In this document: one piece after another, positions 11,724 to 26,100 of the stretch | How positions within the stretch are numbered: the stretch's first letter is position 1 | Layout: every line of letters begins with the position of its first letter | Assembly (NCBI GenBank): GCA_012295275.1 | Contig: CM022672.1 | Span: forward strand, 18,600,001-18,664,000 | Length of the DNA: 64,000 nt | From: Chrysomallon squamiferum | Taxonomy: Eukaryota > Animalia > Mollusca | Direction: 5' to 3' | Made by a program: the position numbers and the translations under genes | The notes under the pieces: model-generated | Seen by the model: only the letters and a program-made list of their open reading frames with translations | Database searches by the model: none | Told to the model about the DNA's origin: nothing

Positions 11724-13085
11724 TTTTTTTTAAGAATATTAATTTTGGAAAATAAAACAATTCTTTAGGAGTGTCAGTATGTTTATTTTTAAAATGCACA
11801 GACATCAGAATTTTTGAGAACTGGCAGGCCCAGTCAGATATTAAAATGACTGAAAAAGATTATTACTGTTGTTTTTATTTAGTAACATTATTATTTATTT
11901 TGTGTGTAATTACAAAATGTTTAAAGTATATAATTATTTGGAGTGTAAATTGTGATATTTTCTTTCCTCCCATGTTACAGTGGGTTTATTATTATTATTT
12001 TGTTGTTGTTTTTATTTTTATTTTCAAAATTTATGTGACTGTAATGGGTTTTTAAACATTTATTCAGTTTTAATCAAACCATCTGTCACTGAGGCTATCC
12101 CCAAATTAGAAAACCTATAACTGCATTTGGAAAATTTTGTTCTCAGTTATTAATATTTTTCAAATTTTATTTTGCAAACTTTAACATTCTGAGAATATTC
12201 TGTACAATAAATTAAATACATGCAAACTTAAGACTATAGAATATTTTGCAGAAACCTTGTTGTGATTGATTATCTTTGAACTTGTGTCTTTATCGTTTTT
12301 ATTTTTCCAGTTTTATTTATCATTTGAGATTATATGCACATTCTGCCCTGAATACGTCAGAAATTTATAAAACCTTTATTTACAATAATAATGGGTCAAC
12401 ACGCCCCATTTCAGAATCTTGAATTCTTTTCTGAAAGTACTTTATTTAGCTGTTGCGTAAGAATAACTGATCTCAGACAGATTCCATGCAAAGCAATGTG
12501 ATTGTCAAATATAAACATTTTACTCTTTTATTTTTGAAATAAAATATTAAAATTATGTGTTTTCTTTTAGATGTTGTTTTGTTTTTGTTTGTTTTAGGTT
12601 TTTTGCGGGGGGTAATCATTTTACGCATCGCTTACCATGAAATAAAACATAGATTATTGGATTGTCTCCCCTTACCTTTCACGTTTTCACCATTCCATAC
12701 AAATCTTGGCTAATATTATAAATATATATAATGTGCTGCTTCTAATTTTATATAATAAATTAAAATCAGCAAGTGTTTTGTAATTAAATAATAATTAAAT
12801 GTACAAGAAGTAAGATAATTGTTTAGTGTTTGCATAAAATGTATTTTTTTAGGATCAATATTTCAAAATAATCCTGCATTTTCCTTTCCCATAATAGCCA
12901 CTGTTTTCTTGAAAGGCTTTGATTTGAAATAGTTTCACATTGCAATATCTAACTAACACATGTAGCTGCATGGTCTTCATTTTATACTATTTATAATTGT
13001 TGGTTTAAAAGTTTTTTTTTTTTGTTTTTTTTTTATTGTTTTTTAATTTCAAATTAACAGACACACGTTTACACATGAAAAGCCT

Positions 13086-13440
13086 TCAGGGCTGTCTTTT
13101 ATGAATTATGAAGACACTACTGGCCAAAAAAGATTTAAACATTTGATGAAGAATATATGACATAGTGAGCATATTCAGCTTAATCGTCCTGTTCATTTCT
13201 TGACATGATCTTTGAAAAAACAACGGAGAATCAAGAGACAAGTTTACCATATCTAAACGATCGTCGTGTGACTGAGCTAAGCTTATTCGGGACTTTATAC
13301 CATAAACAAGTTATGTATTTCTCTCATAGTCTGCCAAATTTCGTACAAATATTTTTGGAGAGCAGGTATTTAATTTTGGGCATAAAAATTCGGGCCGTTT
13401 TCCGCAAATGACGCGGCCACAGACTGCTGCTGCTGCCCAT
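13086..13440 (-). pseudogene. Possible disrupted coding fragment divergent from the TMED gene
   Basis: ATG at 13440 is one base out of frame with a CpG-rich reading frame AAAAVCGRVICGKRPEFLCPKLNTCSPKIFVRNLADYERNT*LVYGIKSRISLAQSHDDRLDMV...HKRQP* of about 117 codons with one internal stop. Family not recognised. Confidence 0.3.
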
Positions 13441-14399
13441 GTCTGAAAAGTTCGATGTTTCGTTTATTTTGTTTGATTCCAGTTTTAGATCATATTTTCT
13501 TTCCGATAAATATGTTGATTACGAAGAGAATTGTTGGATTTTTGTGAATTTGTTGATATCTACATAATGAAGTCATAAGGCAAATTAACACTGATCAATG
13601 TTATCAGCAAACTGATAAAAATGAATGTCAATAAAGGCCTCTACAGTTCACCAGTGTTAACTTTCTGTATACTAATACTGGTTTAATTTCTATGGAGTTT
13701 TTGAGAATTACATAATTAAGGCATAAGGTACATTTGATGAAATCAAATTATTGCAGTTAATTAATTAATTATATTTCATGAATGTCAGCAACGTGCTTTA
13801 AAATACTAGAGCTTTAGAACTTATCTAAATCTTCATTTTGTTACTGGTTTGAACCTGTACGAGATATTCAGTGTTTATGTTGCCAAATGAAGGAAATTAA
13901 GCACAAATATTCTGAAGGAAAAATACAGGCAAACTTTATTCGGACACAAATTGGTGACTTTTTCATATCAGTGCTATCAAAGATATCTTGGTGTCAATTT
14001 AATCAGCTAACTTTCTTTCTTTCTTCCTTTTTAATTTTTTTTTAAATTTATTTTCTTTATTTATTTTTATTTTTATTTTTATTTTTTTTATTTTGATATA
14101 TAATTTTACAGGAAAATGTTGTTTTTTTTTGAAAATTTTGTCACATACCTACATAATAATAGTATTATTAATATAGATTTGTGACTTGTCTACGATTACC
14201 TCTTGGAAAAATAGAGATTTGTTGTAGAGTAATTGCTGAACTTGTCTAAGTACGGTAAGCAATCTATTATAATCTAAAATAAAGTAGACTTGTTGGGAAT
14301 AATATGTGTTATATCAAGTTCGCGATGAAATATCCTACTTTGTATACGGCCTATGGGTTAGTGGCGGAGAACAATTCAAGGAAGAACGAGGACGTGGCA

Positions 14400-14430
14400 A
14401 TACGCATGCGCTTTACAAACATTTCCGGGT
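14400..14430 (+). promoter_or_regulatory. TMED proximal promoter: NRF1-like CGCATGCGC and ETS-like TTCCGG
   Basis: Both motifs lie within 45 nt upstream of ATG 14443 in a locally CpG-rich patch. Confidence 0.5.
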
Positions 14431-14442
14431 TGTTGCGGCAAA

Positions 14443-17400
14443 ATGGCGTGGATTTCAACGACCGTAGTGATTTTCTGTCTATATTCATACGTTGCAGGCT
14501 TGTATTTCCACATAGGTGAAACAGAAAAAAAATGTTTCATTGAAGAAATACCAGACGAAACTATGGTAGTCGGTAAGTTGTCAGTTTTTATCTGCAGAAG
14601 TGACTTGTATTATATTGACACGTTGGCAAATCTGAAAGTTAGAAGACTCGTGTCCTGGCATATTGATCATTAGACACCGTTTTGCTGATTTTTGTAATTG
14701 GTAGAGTTTTCTTTTGTTATTAATTACAACTTGTCTGTTATACGTTAATTCGAATAAAAAAATGCCTGGGCACTTCTTTTTCTGTTACTTGACCTATTCT
14801 ACGAGTATTCAAATTTTGTTTCTTAATTAAAGTTAATCACTTATTGAAGTCTGGGTAATCACCCGTACTGTTACGTTTGTAATTGATGTGATATTTTTTA
14901 ATATTCGCTTCACAAAGTAACTAATGCATTTCTAAATATTAAACAAATATTTAAACGAAGTTATATGATACTTGCAACTGATACAATGTTAAATGTTAGT
15001 TTCCTGTGACGACCAATTTTTCTTGTTTATTATTAGTATTAATTTTAATTAATATGTGTGTACCTCTTCCAAAGTTTCATTAGATATGTCTCTGTAAACG
15101 TGAAATTTGGATTCAGTTCTTATTATCCTATAATTATTTCTTGATAAATAAATTCCATAAAGCTTTATTAAACTTTAAAGAATGTTCTTGCATTCTTAAT
15201 GTTGCTTTTTTATTGTAGATGTTGGGGGGGGGATGTTGGGTTTTTTAACACTTTAATGCAGTTACCTGGATTACATCAAAATACTTGTTTGGCATAGTGT
15301 AAAAACAAAATAAATAATATCTCTGGTAACAATTCAAGCATTATTGTAATCATGTGTATCCATATTTTCATTGCCTGATCATGCTCTGTGATATATAAAA
15401 CCAAGGCAGAGACATGTGTAAACACATTGGTAAACAGTATTTAATCACAGCAAAGGCATACATTTTAATATGGCTGATGTGGTAAAGGTGATAATTAAAT
15501 TCAAAATGATAAGTTGATAGTCACATAGCAATATTCAGTTATGTAAATACATTTGGCAAGTGGCCTTTTATGTATTATGTATTTAACTGTTTTGGGGTTG
15601 GACACAAAAAGGCATTTTAATTGTAAATATGCCTGGATTATTAGATAATAGTGCATATTAAAGGAAGTGGGGAGAATTCGCATCATAATGATTCTTCTAG
15701 AAGTTGGTAAGAGATTCTGCATCAAGCTTCTCTATCATTTAACTGACTTTCACATGGTTTGTTCTGAATATATTCTTCTAAAATAGGTGGCTAACAGAAT
15801 AATGTAGAAGAAATTTAGGAATACATTTCATGTGTATGTTGATTAATCCATTTTCAGGTAGATACAAAGTGGAGATATTTGATAAGAATATTAATGACTT
15901 TGTTCCCACTGTCACTGGTCTGGGAATGCACGTCGAAATCCGTGATCCTGATGATAAAATATTGTTATCCAGGGTAAGACGCTGAGAAATGTGAATGTAT
16001 TGGTTGTCATGGGTGCTAACATATACACATCAATGTATTCTTTCAAATGAAGTGTTTGTTCTTTCTGAATCTTGAATTTTTTTCTGATATTATATAATGC
16101 TGTTAATTTAAGGCATTTAAAAAAATAATGATATATAAAAAAAATCAATGCTATGCTTTCAGAATAACAGACATTTCTCAAAAAGATACATTGGTGTGTT
16201 TCATATATGTGCAAAATGTTAGCAACAATCAGATGAATTTTTCATTCATATATATATATGTGTGTAATCTTTTAATCACTAGTAATAACAGAAACATATC
16301 TACTGTTACATAAATGTAAACTGATATCTACATTATGGTGATTTCATTTTGAGGGGTGTTTTTCTAGAAACAGTATTTATACACATGTATGTTGATGCTA
16401 ACATTTTGTTCACGATTTGCATCAGTGCCTGCAAATCACTAATAATTTATGTGTGTGTAAACATATATTCACTGTATATTAACTAAACTATGTTTCAGGA
16501 AAATATAAAGTACAGGCATATGACGCCAAAGTTAAGGACTATTTGCCAGTAGCACCAGGTATAGGCATGCATGTTGAAATCAAAAGTCCTGATGAAAAAA
16601 TAATGTTGTCGAGGGTGAGTTCATCTGAAACTTTCCCAGCCAAGCAAGTTTTTATTTTTGGATTTCAGCTGCTTTATAGGATTAAGGACTTTTGATCCCA
16701 TTGTTCCTTTTCAAGCATTTATTTGTTATATGTTTTGAGTTACTGATATCAGTTGTTAATCCACATTGTTTTTTTTTTTTTTTTTTTTTCATTAATTCTG
16801 TTAATTATTTTAATTCTATTTATTTATATTTTATTTTTGATTAGAATGTTACTATAGAAGAAGTGATAATTTTATTATTTTATTGATTTTTTTCACTCTG
16901 TATATTTACAGTTCACATATAAATTTAATTTAGAGGAATTACATTTTTTTTTTTATTTTTTTATCTAGTAAAAAAACCCATTAATTTTGTGTAAAGTTAA
17001 ATATTGTCAGAAATAATAAAACTAATCTGAATAAATAATTTTGAATATTTAATTTCAAAATTCTTCTGTTAATGCCAATTTAATTTTTTATTTAATTTTA
17101 TTATTATTATTTGGTGGTAGTTTGTTTAATAAATTAATTTTTGTTGTTGTTTTTGTATTTTTCTGAGGGTTTTGGGGTGTTTTTTTGGCATTCCATTTTT
17201 TCTTTTTCCCACAGGCATTATTAATTGTTTTTAATAATTAATTTTGTTATTTTTTCCATGTTCAGAATGGATAGTTGTGTGCTAGAGCATGTAGCACATT
17301 ATATAAGTTTACATAACTTTTAAATTTTTCATTTAATGTTGGTGGCTGGTATATTTTCATTTTTTTTTTTTTAAAATTATTATTATTTTTTTTTTTTTTT

Positions 17401-17889
17401 TTTGCTGTAGCAGTTACAATGTCTGTTATAGTTGTTTGAAAACATTGGTTGCCATTAACATTTTGAAATTTTGCAAATTATATTTAGTCAGTATGTATGT
17501 ACAACACATTTTGCCAAGTTAAACAACAGCATTGTGATTGAAAGACTTTTTTTTTAAATATAATTTTAATGTGTAAATACTGGTCATTTTGATCAGTAAG
17601 TGATTATGAACAGATTTTATTTCTCAAGATATCAATGAACTATTGATCGGTTAATTGTTGCTAGTTTAACAATGTATTTTCGGTTGGTCACTAATTTTTT
17701 ATTGTTTTCAGGTAATGATAATTAAAAATAATATAGCAACTCGTATAGTTATTTGAATTATTATAACAATAAATGCTTAATAATCATTCTAATCCATTTT
17801 TCATTATAATGCTATTAATCATTTAATGCAATATTAATTTATATATATATATATAGATAGATCAATATATATGTATATGCATACATACA

Positions 17890-17928
<39 letters not shown>

Positions 17929-18943
17929 TTGTATGTACGTATGTATGTAAATGTGGCAGTGATTTATATAATTAATTTTTATTTTATTTTATTATTTTTT
18001 TTTTTTTCTTCTTTCTTCATATTGCAGACGTACGCTGCAGAAGGCAGGTTCACTTTCACCTCCCACTCAGCTGGAGAGCACTCTGTGTGCCTCCATTCAA
18101 ACTCCACAGCTTGGTTCTCAGGAGGACAGCTGGTAAGATATATTGTATGTTGTATTGACAATTACATTTTTACTTACTGACACATTAATAACATGGGGAG
18201 GGCAAAATTCCTGGAATTAACAGGTGGTGGGGGGAGACACAAGTCTAAATTTAGATTAAATTAAGGGCATTCGCACCAATGGTAACCACTGCCATTAGAG
18301 AACTTCATAACGTCTGTTGGTATTTCTTATCAGCAGCAAGCAAAGAGTTAATTTAATATTATCTCTGTTATACAGAATGATGGCATTATAGACCATGTTA
18401 CATTATTTTAATGTTATTTTTTTTTTTTTATTTTTTTTGTCTAGAGAGTCCACCTTGACATTCAAGTAGGTGAGCATGCAGTCGACTATCAGCAGATCCA
18501 GGCCAAAGACAAACTGAGTGAGTTACAGCTTAGAGTGAGGCAGCTTCTCGATCAAGTGGAGCAGATAACAAAGGAACAGAACTATCAAAGAGTAAGTTTA
18601 GACCTCAGTTTAAAACAACACTTCCAGGCAAACATCACTAAAAAGTCAACAAATATAAAAAAGTTTTTCTCGATCTTAAGACAGTAAAAACCAACTTATA
18701 TTTACGTCTAAATTAAAACAAAATTATTTAATAATTTTATTGTTACATATAAAAGACAATTCGAAAATATATATTTTTTGTTGTTGTTTGCAGTATCGAG
18801 AGGAGAGATTCCGGGCGACGAGTGAGAGTACAAATCAGAGAGTACTATGGTGGTCTATTGCACAAACTGTTATCCTCCTAATAACTGGCTTCTGGCAGAT
18901 GAGACATTTAAAGAGCTTTTTCGAAGCTAAAAAATTAGTTTAA
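14443..18943 (+). CDS. TMED9: p24-alpha family cargo receptor (TMED9/TMED4/eclair-like)
   Basis: Exons 14443-14572, [15858-15973 or 16499-16614], 18028-18132, 18445-18591, 18794-18943; 215 aa. Signal peptide, [59 protein letters not shown] helix and C-terminal [12 protein letters not shown]9 versus TMED4 orthology cannot be resolved. Confidence 0.93.
15858..15973 (+). CDS. TMED mutually exclusive exon 2a
   Basis: ttttcag|GT...AGG|gtaaga, 116 nt, (G)[38 protein letters not shown]. Confidence 0.9.
16499..16614 (+). CDS. TMED mutually exclusive exon 2b
   Basis: gtttcag|GA...AGG|gtgagt, 116 nt, (G)[38 protein letters not shown]. Confidence 0.9.
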
Positions 18944-21267
18944 TGCTCACAACATTAGCTTGAATGAATAAATTCTGCAACTATCTTTTCACTGAAAATG
19001 CTGAGGCAATTTGGCAGCAGGTTTAAATTACTTCATTCCTTTTTTTTTTTTTTTTTTTTTTTAAATTATTTTCTGAATGATGATAAATAGGAAAAATATA
19101 AATCCTTTTTTACTGTTTGTTTAAAAAGTACTTGTTTATTTTGTCCATGATGAAAATTGTTTTTGTTTTAAACAATCCTGACTTTTCCAGTACAAGTTCA
19201 AGTGTAATTTCATGAAAATGAAAATACTATTTATTTAAATCCAACTTGTATTTGAGATGGAACTAAATGATCATTGGATGGAAATCAGCATGAGCTAATT
19301 TTGCATTTAGAAGTCAGGTTACATTTTATAATAGCAAGATCATATTTGAAAAGGTTGAAAAACCAATTTTACTTTACATTGTATTAAAAAAAAGACAGCC
19401 GACAGCATTTATTTATTCAAGCTTATTAATCGCTATTTGAAGAGTGTGTGTTTGCAAGTTGAAAAAGTTGTGATACTGGATCTTTTCTTTTTTTCCTTTT
19501 TTTTTTTTCTTTTTTTTTTTTTTAAAGTCTGTTGTAATTAATTATATCATTTCTTCGTATCCTCTTCATTTTTTTTTTTTTTTTTTTTCTTCAATACTCA
19601 TGTGTATAATTAATTGACTAATATTTACAGTGGACTGGGACTTAATATTGATGAAGTAGCTGATGTTAATAATTAATATACAAACCACTGTTTAGTTTAA
19701 AAAAATAAAAAATAAATGCCTTAACACTGAATACGCAATGTATGGTTTAGACAGTCCACTGTATTTTCAGGTTAAATACTGATTTTTGCAGTAGGATAAT
19801 GTTTACGTTGCATTTATATCTGCATGTTTGAGGATCTGTATGTAAGTTTCATTTGCAAGAATTATATATATATATATATATATATATAATTATACCTTAT
19901 GTTTTGATAAAAAAAAATCTTTTCTTTTTCTTTTATGATATCTGTCATGTGTGAATGGCTAGTTTGTTAGATATATATTTTAATGTACATATTAATTTGA
20001 AATAAATGTTTAGTTCGTATTTAATTATAGATGTGGATATGGGCAAATGATTACATACATTGTGTGTTGTAAAATGCTTCTGATATCCCTTGTGTTGAGA
20101 TCAGTTGTGCCTGTTAACTTCATATAAACTAGTTTCGCCAGAAGAGAAAATGAAAAATAAGCTGTAGTGCAGAAGCTGGTAAATTTCAATTATATGAACA
20201 AAACAGTTGAAATAAAATCCAGTTTTATTATTAATTATTAATTTGGCAAAGCTTTTTTTTTTTAATCAGATAACGTTAAATCATTGTTATAAAAATGTTT
20301 ATGTAAATTAATTACATGCTGTAAAATAGAATACATGGAATGTTGATAAATTGAGGATTTGTGTTAATTTTTTATTTTGGATTGTTTGTTTGCGCACTCA
20401 TGGTAGTTTTATTCGATATAAACATCTTTTGCAAAATTGCCATTATTTATTTTGTTTTATTGTTCCATGGCCTAAAAATTAACATCCATTTCTGCAAGGT
20501 TTTGGAATCAGTACATTGTGCAGGTCAGTAGATGTATGTGTAGTAATTCCAAAACTTTACAGATAATAACTGTCTTCATTTCAGTTTAATGAGTTCAGTA
20601 TTCATTCAGTAGTTTTATGATTAACACTAGTCACATGGTAACATAATATTGTTGCTGTCTTTAGAAAAGTCTTAAATATCAGAAGCATATATACTAGATG
20701 CACCATGTATATTTATAGAATTCACAAATAAATATATCAGTTTATAAAAGCTTTTTTCTTTATTTTTCTTCTTTTTTTTCTTTTTTTACCTTTAGAAACT
20801 TTTTTTTGTATAAAAATGATAACAACATACTTTTTCACCTGAAAAAAGTTACAAAATGTATGTGAATTTTCTAAGAGCAGTGACTTTAAGCACTGTCAAT
20901 TAATTACATACACATATGTATTATATGAGAAGAATATATAAACACAACCATTTTAAATTGTAATATTAGTTGTAATTTCTCACATTATATAATGACATTT
21001 ATCTGTAAACCATCCTGGAAAGTTTGGTTAAAACATTGATATGCTTTAATCAGAAGAAAATAAGCACACGTAAACAATATTTTCAGAAATTTAAGAGACT
21101 TAATTTAAGATCATACATAACCAGTTAGAATTTTTTATGTTGGTGAGTTGTTAGCAGCTCCTGTCGAGTCATTAAGAGCAAAAAAGAATGATAGTTATTA
21201 TTTGTTGTTATACTTTAGTTATGCTTCTGTTTTCACAAAGTAATGTAGCCAGTAGTAAATAATGGGT

Positions 21268-21626
21268 AACGGGTCAGTATAGTTTACATCTAGTAAGATT
21301 TAAGTATGTAATTAAATATGGTGTGAAGGTTATGTCGTGATATTATGTGTTAATATTCAATTACATCAAATATTTATAAAAGTGCTTAATTTAACATACA
21401 AAAATGTAAGCCTCATTGATTGTTTGGTATAACACAGTTCAAATCTTTGAGTTTTTTTAACGGGTCAGTATTGTTTACAACTAGTAAGATTTAAGTACGT
21501 AATTAAATATAGTGTGACGGTTATGTGTTAAAAATAAATTACATCAAATGTTTATAAAAGTGCTTAATTTAACATACAAAATGTAAGCATCATTGATTGT
21601 TTGGTAGAACAGAGTTCAAATCTTTG
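21268..21626. repeat. Tandem duplication, about 190-bp period, 2 copies
   Basis: aacgggtcagtat.gtttaca.ctagtaagatttaagta...cagttcaaatctttg at 21268-21449 and a similar copy at 21459-21626. Confidence 0.9.
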
Positions 21627-22389
21627 TGCTTTTATATAATCAACAGTCGTTTCTTTTTAAATGCATTTATTGTCAACGTTTAATTTTCACTTTCAACATC
21701 TTTCTTCCAATTTCATCATTATCATATTGTTCATTAAATATTTTAAAACTTTTAGGTACGTTCTTGTTTGTTTTCATTTACACATAGTGAGTGCTTAAGT
21801 GATTGTTTTTTACTGCATTAAAGACAGTCCTCATCTAGTAGACACCACATCTTGCCTAAGCAGTGAACAACTAATGTAAAAGGAGTTGCACTTTCTGGTT
21901 TCTGGGCTGGTGCATCTAAAAAATCCTTTTTTTTTTATCAAACCCTGTATTTTACAAGGTGTCGATTTTGTTTCTGACCATGGAATCATGATCTTCTGCA
22001 GGAGGGAATGCAAAAAGTGATCATTTTTTTTTAATTTTATACATTGTAACTATATATTTGCTTACTGAAAATTATTAGATAAATAAAATAATATGGACAA
22101 TGGCTTAAATCATTATGTCAGAATAACAAGTGCAGATAAGTTATGTGCATTTTTTTATTTCCATAAAAATGTATAAAATTAACAGTTTGTGGTATTGACT
22201 GCTGTTATTTTATCCACATACCAGCCTCTTGGGTGCTTTTAGTGGTTATGACAGTTTATGGTGCTTCTAGTTATATTCTGCCGTTAAAAAACATCTGCAT
22301 AGTAAAGAAGTTAATATGTGTCATGTTAACATGGGAAAGTCTGCCAGACTGATGTCCAAGTTCTTGTCACAGGCTTTTTGAGTCCCTGG

Positions 22390-22600
22390 ATCAATCCATC
22401 ATATTCCCTTTAACCATTTCTCATTCTAAGCAGTGCTTCAAAATAGTTTTCTTCTAAACAAAGGCATGTATGTTCTTGCTTATTTTAAAGATGCATGTAA
22501 AATATCCTATTCACTGAATGACAACAGTAGATTTTTTTTTCATCTCATGTTATTATTAACGTGACAGACGTCTAATAGATTATATCAAAACACATTTGCA
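22390..22600. mobile_element. Degenerate SINE-like remnant
   Basis: atttctcattctaagcagtgcttc...aacaaaggcatg loosely matches the reverse complement of ccatggcctttg...tactggctggaacgggctattt near 26865-26915. It resembles my recollection of a gastropod SINE core; not verified. Confidence 0.4.
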
Positions 22601-23176
22601 TGTAAATCTGAATGAGACTCACTGGAACTGTCATTTATTTAACATTTTGAATATGGATCACACTTGGGACAGGACTGTTAAAATCTTTCATTGTATGTTA
22701 GTGAAGTTGTACAACAGAATATTTAGACAAAAGATAATAAATCTAAATTTTCAAAGATGGTCTCTGGCAAGTTTTAAAATTATTATTCCAAAAGGAAAAA
22801 ACCCAAAAATAAAAATAATAATAATAATAGTAGTAGTATTTAAACCTGCTAAATCCATATTCAGTATGAAAAATAAATTTCTTAGCAAAAATGCCATATG
22901 TCCTTTAACAAAACACAAAACATGTCACTAGAGGCTTGTAATTTAAGCAAATTAAGTCAGATAAATATGCAATAATTTGGCACACAGTTAAAGCTTGGTT
23001 CTTACAACATCAGGTTATTATTTTTTGTCTTATTTAACGGCCATAAAAAAAAGGAATTCTAAATGTATCAAAGACATGTAAATATTGCAATGTCTACTCC
23101 TTTTCATAATCCATACAGGCAAAAACTATGTATATGGTCTTAAAAATCGCACACTGCAAATGTTTTAATTTTTTCT

Positions 23177-26100
23177 TCATGTTCCATTGATTACATTTGA
23201 CTTTTCATTCATATATGCTTGGACGGCCCTCCAAAGAGCCATTATGTTCCCTGCGCCAAATCCAGTGGCTCCTTGACGCTGAATTATTTCCAAGAAGAAA
23301 GTATCACGGTCAAATAAAGGCTTAGTGAACTTCTGCAGTAAGTACCTACAATAAATAACAGATGGAAAGATAAATATAGGCATATGACACTGAAATTCTA
23401 CATTTAAAGATAATGAACATGAATTTACCATCTTACATTTCAATTATTTAAATGAATATTCAGAGCTGTGTCATTTTCCAAAATCCACAACAAAAATAAA
23501 AATAAGGCTGGTATATAATTACTACAGCTCATAAAAATGAACAGAGCTGCTTGCTGATTAATATTGTCATTGCTTGGAGGCAACAAATTTAATGAAATTA
23601 GATTTTTATCATCATAAATACTACATACTCATTCTTATCTTCAAAATATTATGAAACTATTTCTGCAATATGATGCTGTGAAAATATGCAGCAAACAATC
23701 AATGTCAAGTTTTAAAAACTTAATTTTATACCTGTGTTTGGACGTGGTGTCTGTTGAGCTGTTTCCTGCATCAGCTTCTGAATCTATCAGTATACCATGC
23801 TCCTTCAAGACAGACACATTTTGTCCAATCTCCATTATTTCTTTCCACTTCCCAATCTAAAGATTAAATAAATTAGTACAATATTCAGTTAAAAATGGAC
23901 GAACTGTAATTTTCTTCATGAAAACTTTCTCATTTATGGTTACAAAAGATTATGATTTTGATAAAACAATTTTTGTGTTAAACTTTAGAAATCTGAATTT
24001 CAACAAATACATTTCTGGTAAAGTCCAAATTTCGTTTCAAATGTCTACCAGTTATTCTTATTATCAGAGATGAATTAAAGACTTTTATGGATACTAATTT
24101 GATGTCAAGATTAAGAATACAACAAATGTGAAAAAATAAAAATTTTTTTTTTTAAAATTATGGAAGTTCAATGGAATCCATCCTATCCAATGGCAAAACA
24201 CCATAGCCTTTCATCAGTGCCAAAGTCGTATAAAACAGTCAATTGTGGACATTAAAATTCTGATACAAAAATTATGAGGTTTGTTTTATTGTTACTGTGT
24301 TTTTACTGGAGGTGGGTAGGGATGGGTGCTGTTTATACTATAACAAATTTTTTTAAAGTGCAGGAGTTAAGTTTTAAAGATCTATCATTTATTGAAATAA
24401 TTATTCTGAATACTCTGAGAAATCATTTTGATACAAAATTTCACATAATTTGAAAATAAAAACCTCTGTGTAATAGGTGTAGGGTGGCTCCACAAACTGT
24501 ACACCTTCCTTTGCCAGAGCAGACACTGAAGAAACAATGTCTGTGGATGACAGTGCAATGTGCTGAACACCAGCTCCACCATGGTTACAGAGGAATGTGT
24601 CAACCTGGTTTGGGCCTGTTGGTAAATATTTTAATTTAAGAATTGCTGACGGATAATATTAATTATATAACTATATAATCTATATTACTGATGAATACAT
24701 ATTCAACTTTTCATTCAAAATGGAATATATTTAGAGAGATCTGTTTCTTGTAATATTTTGTAGAAAATTTTACTTTACTATTTAGAATCTCCGTTTTATT
24801 TGTTTTAATTTTTTTTTGGCATGTTTTTTTTTAAAACTTTTTTTAACTTTTTTTATTTTTTTTTTTTAAGTGCAGTGACAAGTATTTCAGTGTCTTCTGT
24901 TTTCATTTTACAATTATTTAAAATACAACTAGATGAACATACAGAGACCTATATATTTATTTGTTTGAATGAAAAGCCAGTGTATCTTATTTGCAAATGT
25001 TTGTACAGAGATGAAATAGAAAACAGTATCTTGTAACCTTGATCTGTAAGTGCTTCAGCTATTATGAATTTCACCCCATTTGCTTTTCCAGAAATTAAAC
25101 CAACTTCAGCACACTTCCAGTATTCAAAGGCCTTTAATCGTAATCCAATGTTATCTGTACCAATAACAAAACCCTCAACTTCATCTTCTTGTCTGAAATT
25201 TATAAACCGTATTTAAAATACTACCAGGAATAAATTATTATATTTCATAAATAACCAATTAATTAGCAAATATAACAGTAAAAGGTAAGAAGTATACTCT
25301 CATCTGACCATCCATCTTATGCCGTATACATTTTATGCCATATATATATTTCTTTTTGGAGGATGTTCTTTTGTTGTTTTATATATTTAAGAAAAATAGC
25401 ATATTTTTACCTGGCATCTCACCCTTGATATACAAAACAAACAATATGATTTTTTTTTTTTTTTTAAATTTCTTATTAAATGTATTATCTTACTTCTCAA
25501 AATTATATATTTACTTATAAATTAACTGCATCAGCAATACAACAAAATTTCTAACAAGTTATTAAAAATAATAATGTTCACCATTTCTAAATGGTTTTGT
25601 TATTTATTTACTTTTTTCTTCTTCTTCTTCTTATTTAATTAATTCACTTATTTATTTACCTGTTGATATAAAATCTTTTCATACCAAAAGTTTTTTCATA
25701 CCAGTGTAATATTTCATCTGCAGAACCACAATATGCCGCAAAAGTAACGTGGTCAATGTTAGTTAACTTTGGGTCACGTTTCTCTCGACTTTCTTCATTG
25801 CACGCAAAAAATTCATCTGCGTTGTTTATGCTATGAAAACCAGGCAAAAAACTTCCAGTATAGTTATCTCTTTGAACTAATGTGTGAACGACATTACCCA
25901 CGCATGACTTAACTGTAGCTGTCCACACTGTTCCATGTTCGTCAGATAAACAAGAAACTGGTTTTATTATCTGAGCTCCCGATTGCATCAGTTTTTGTAC
26001 CAGCTTCAGCACGTCGTTGACGGCGAATGCTATATTAAAAACGGTATCTTTAATTTCATCAAGTTTTGATGATTCCGTGAATCTAATAAAATAGGGATCA

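Noticed and set aside
15858-16614. TMED exon duplication as an assembly or haplotype artefact
   Set aside because: The exons differ at about half their residues and the flanking introns show no similarity, so the duplication is old.
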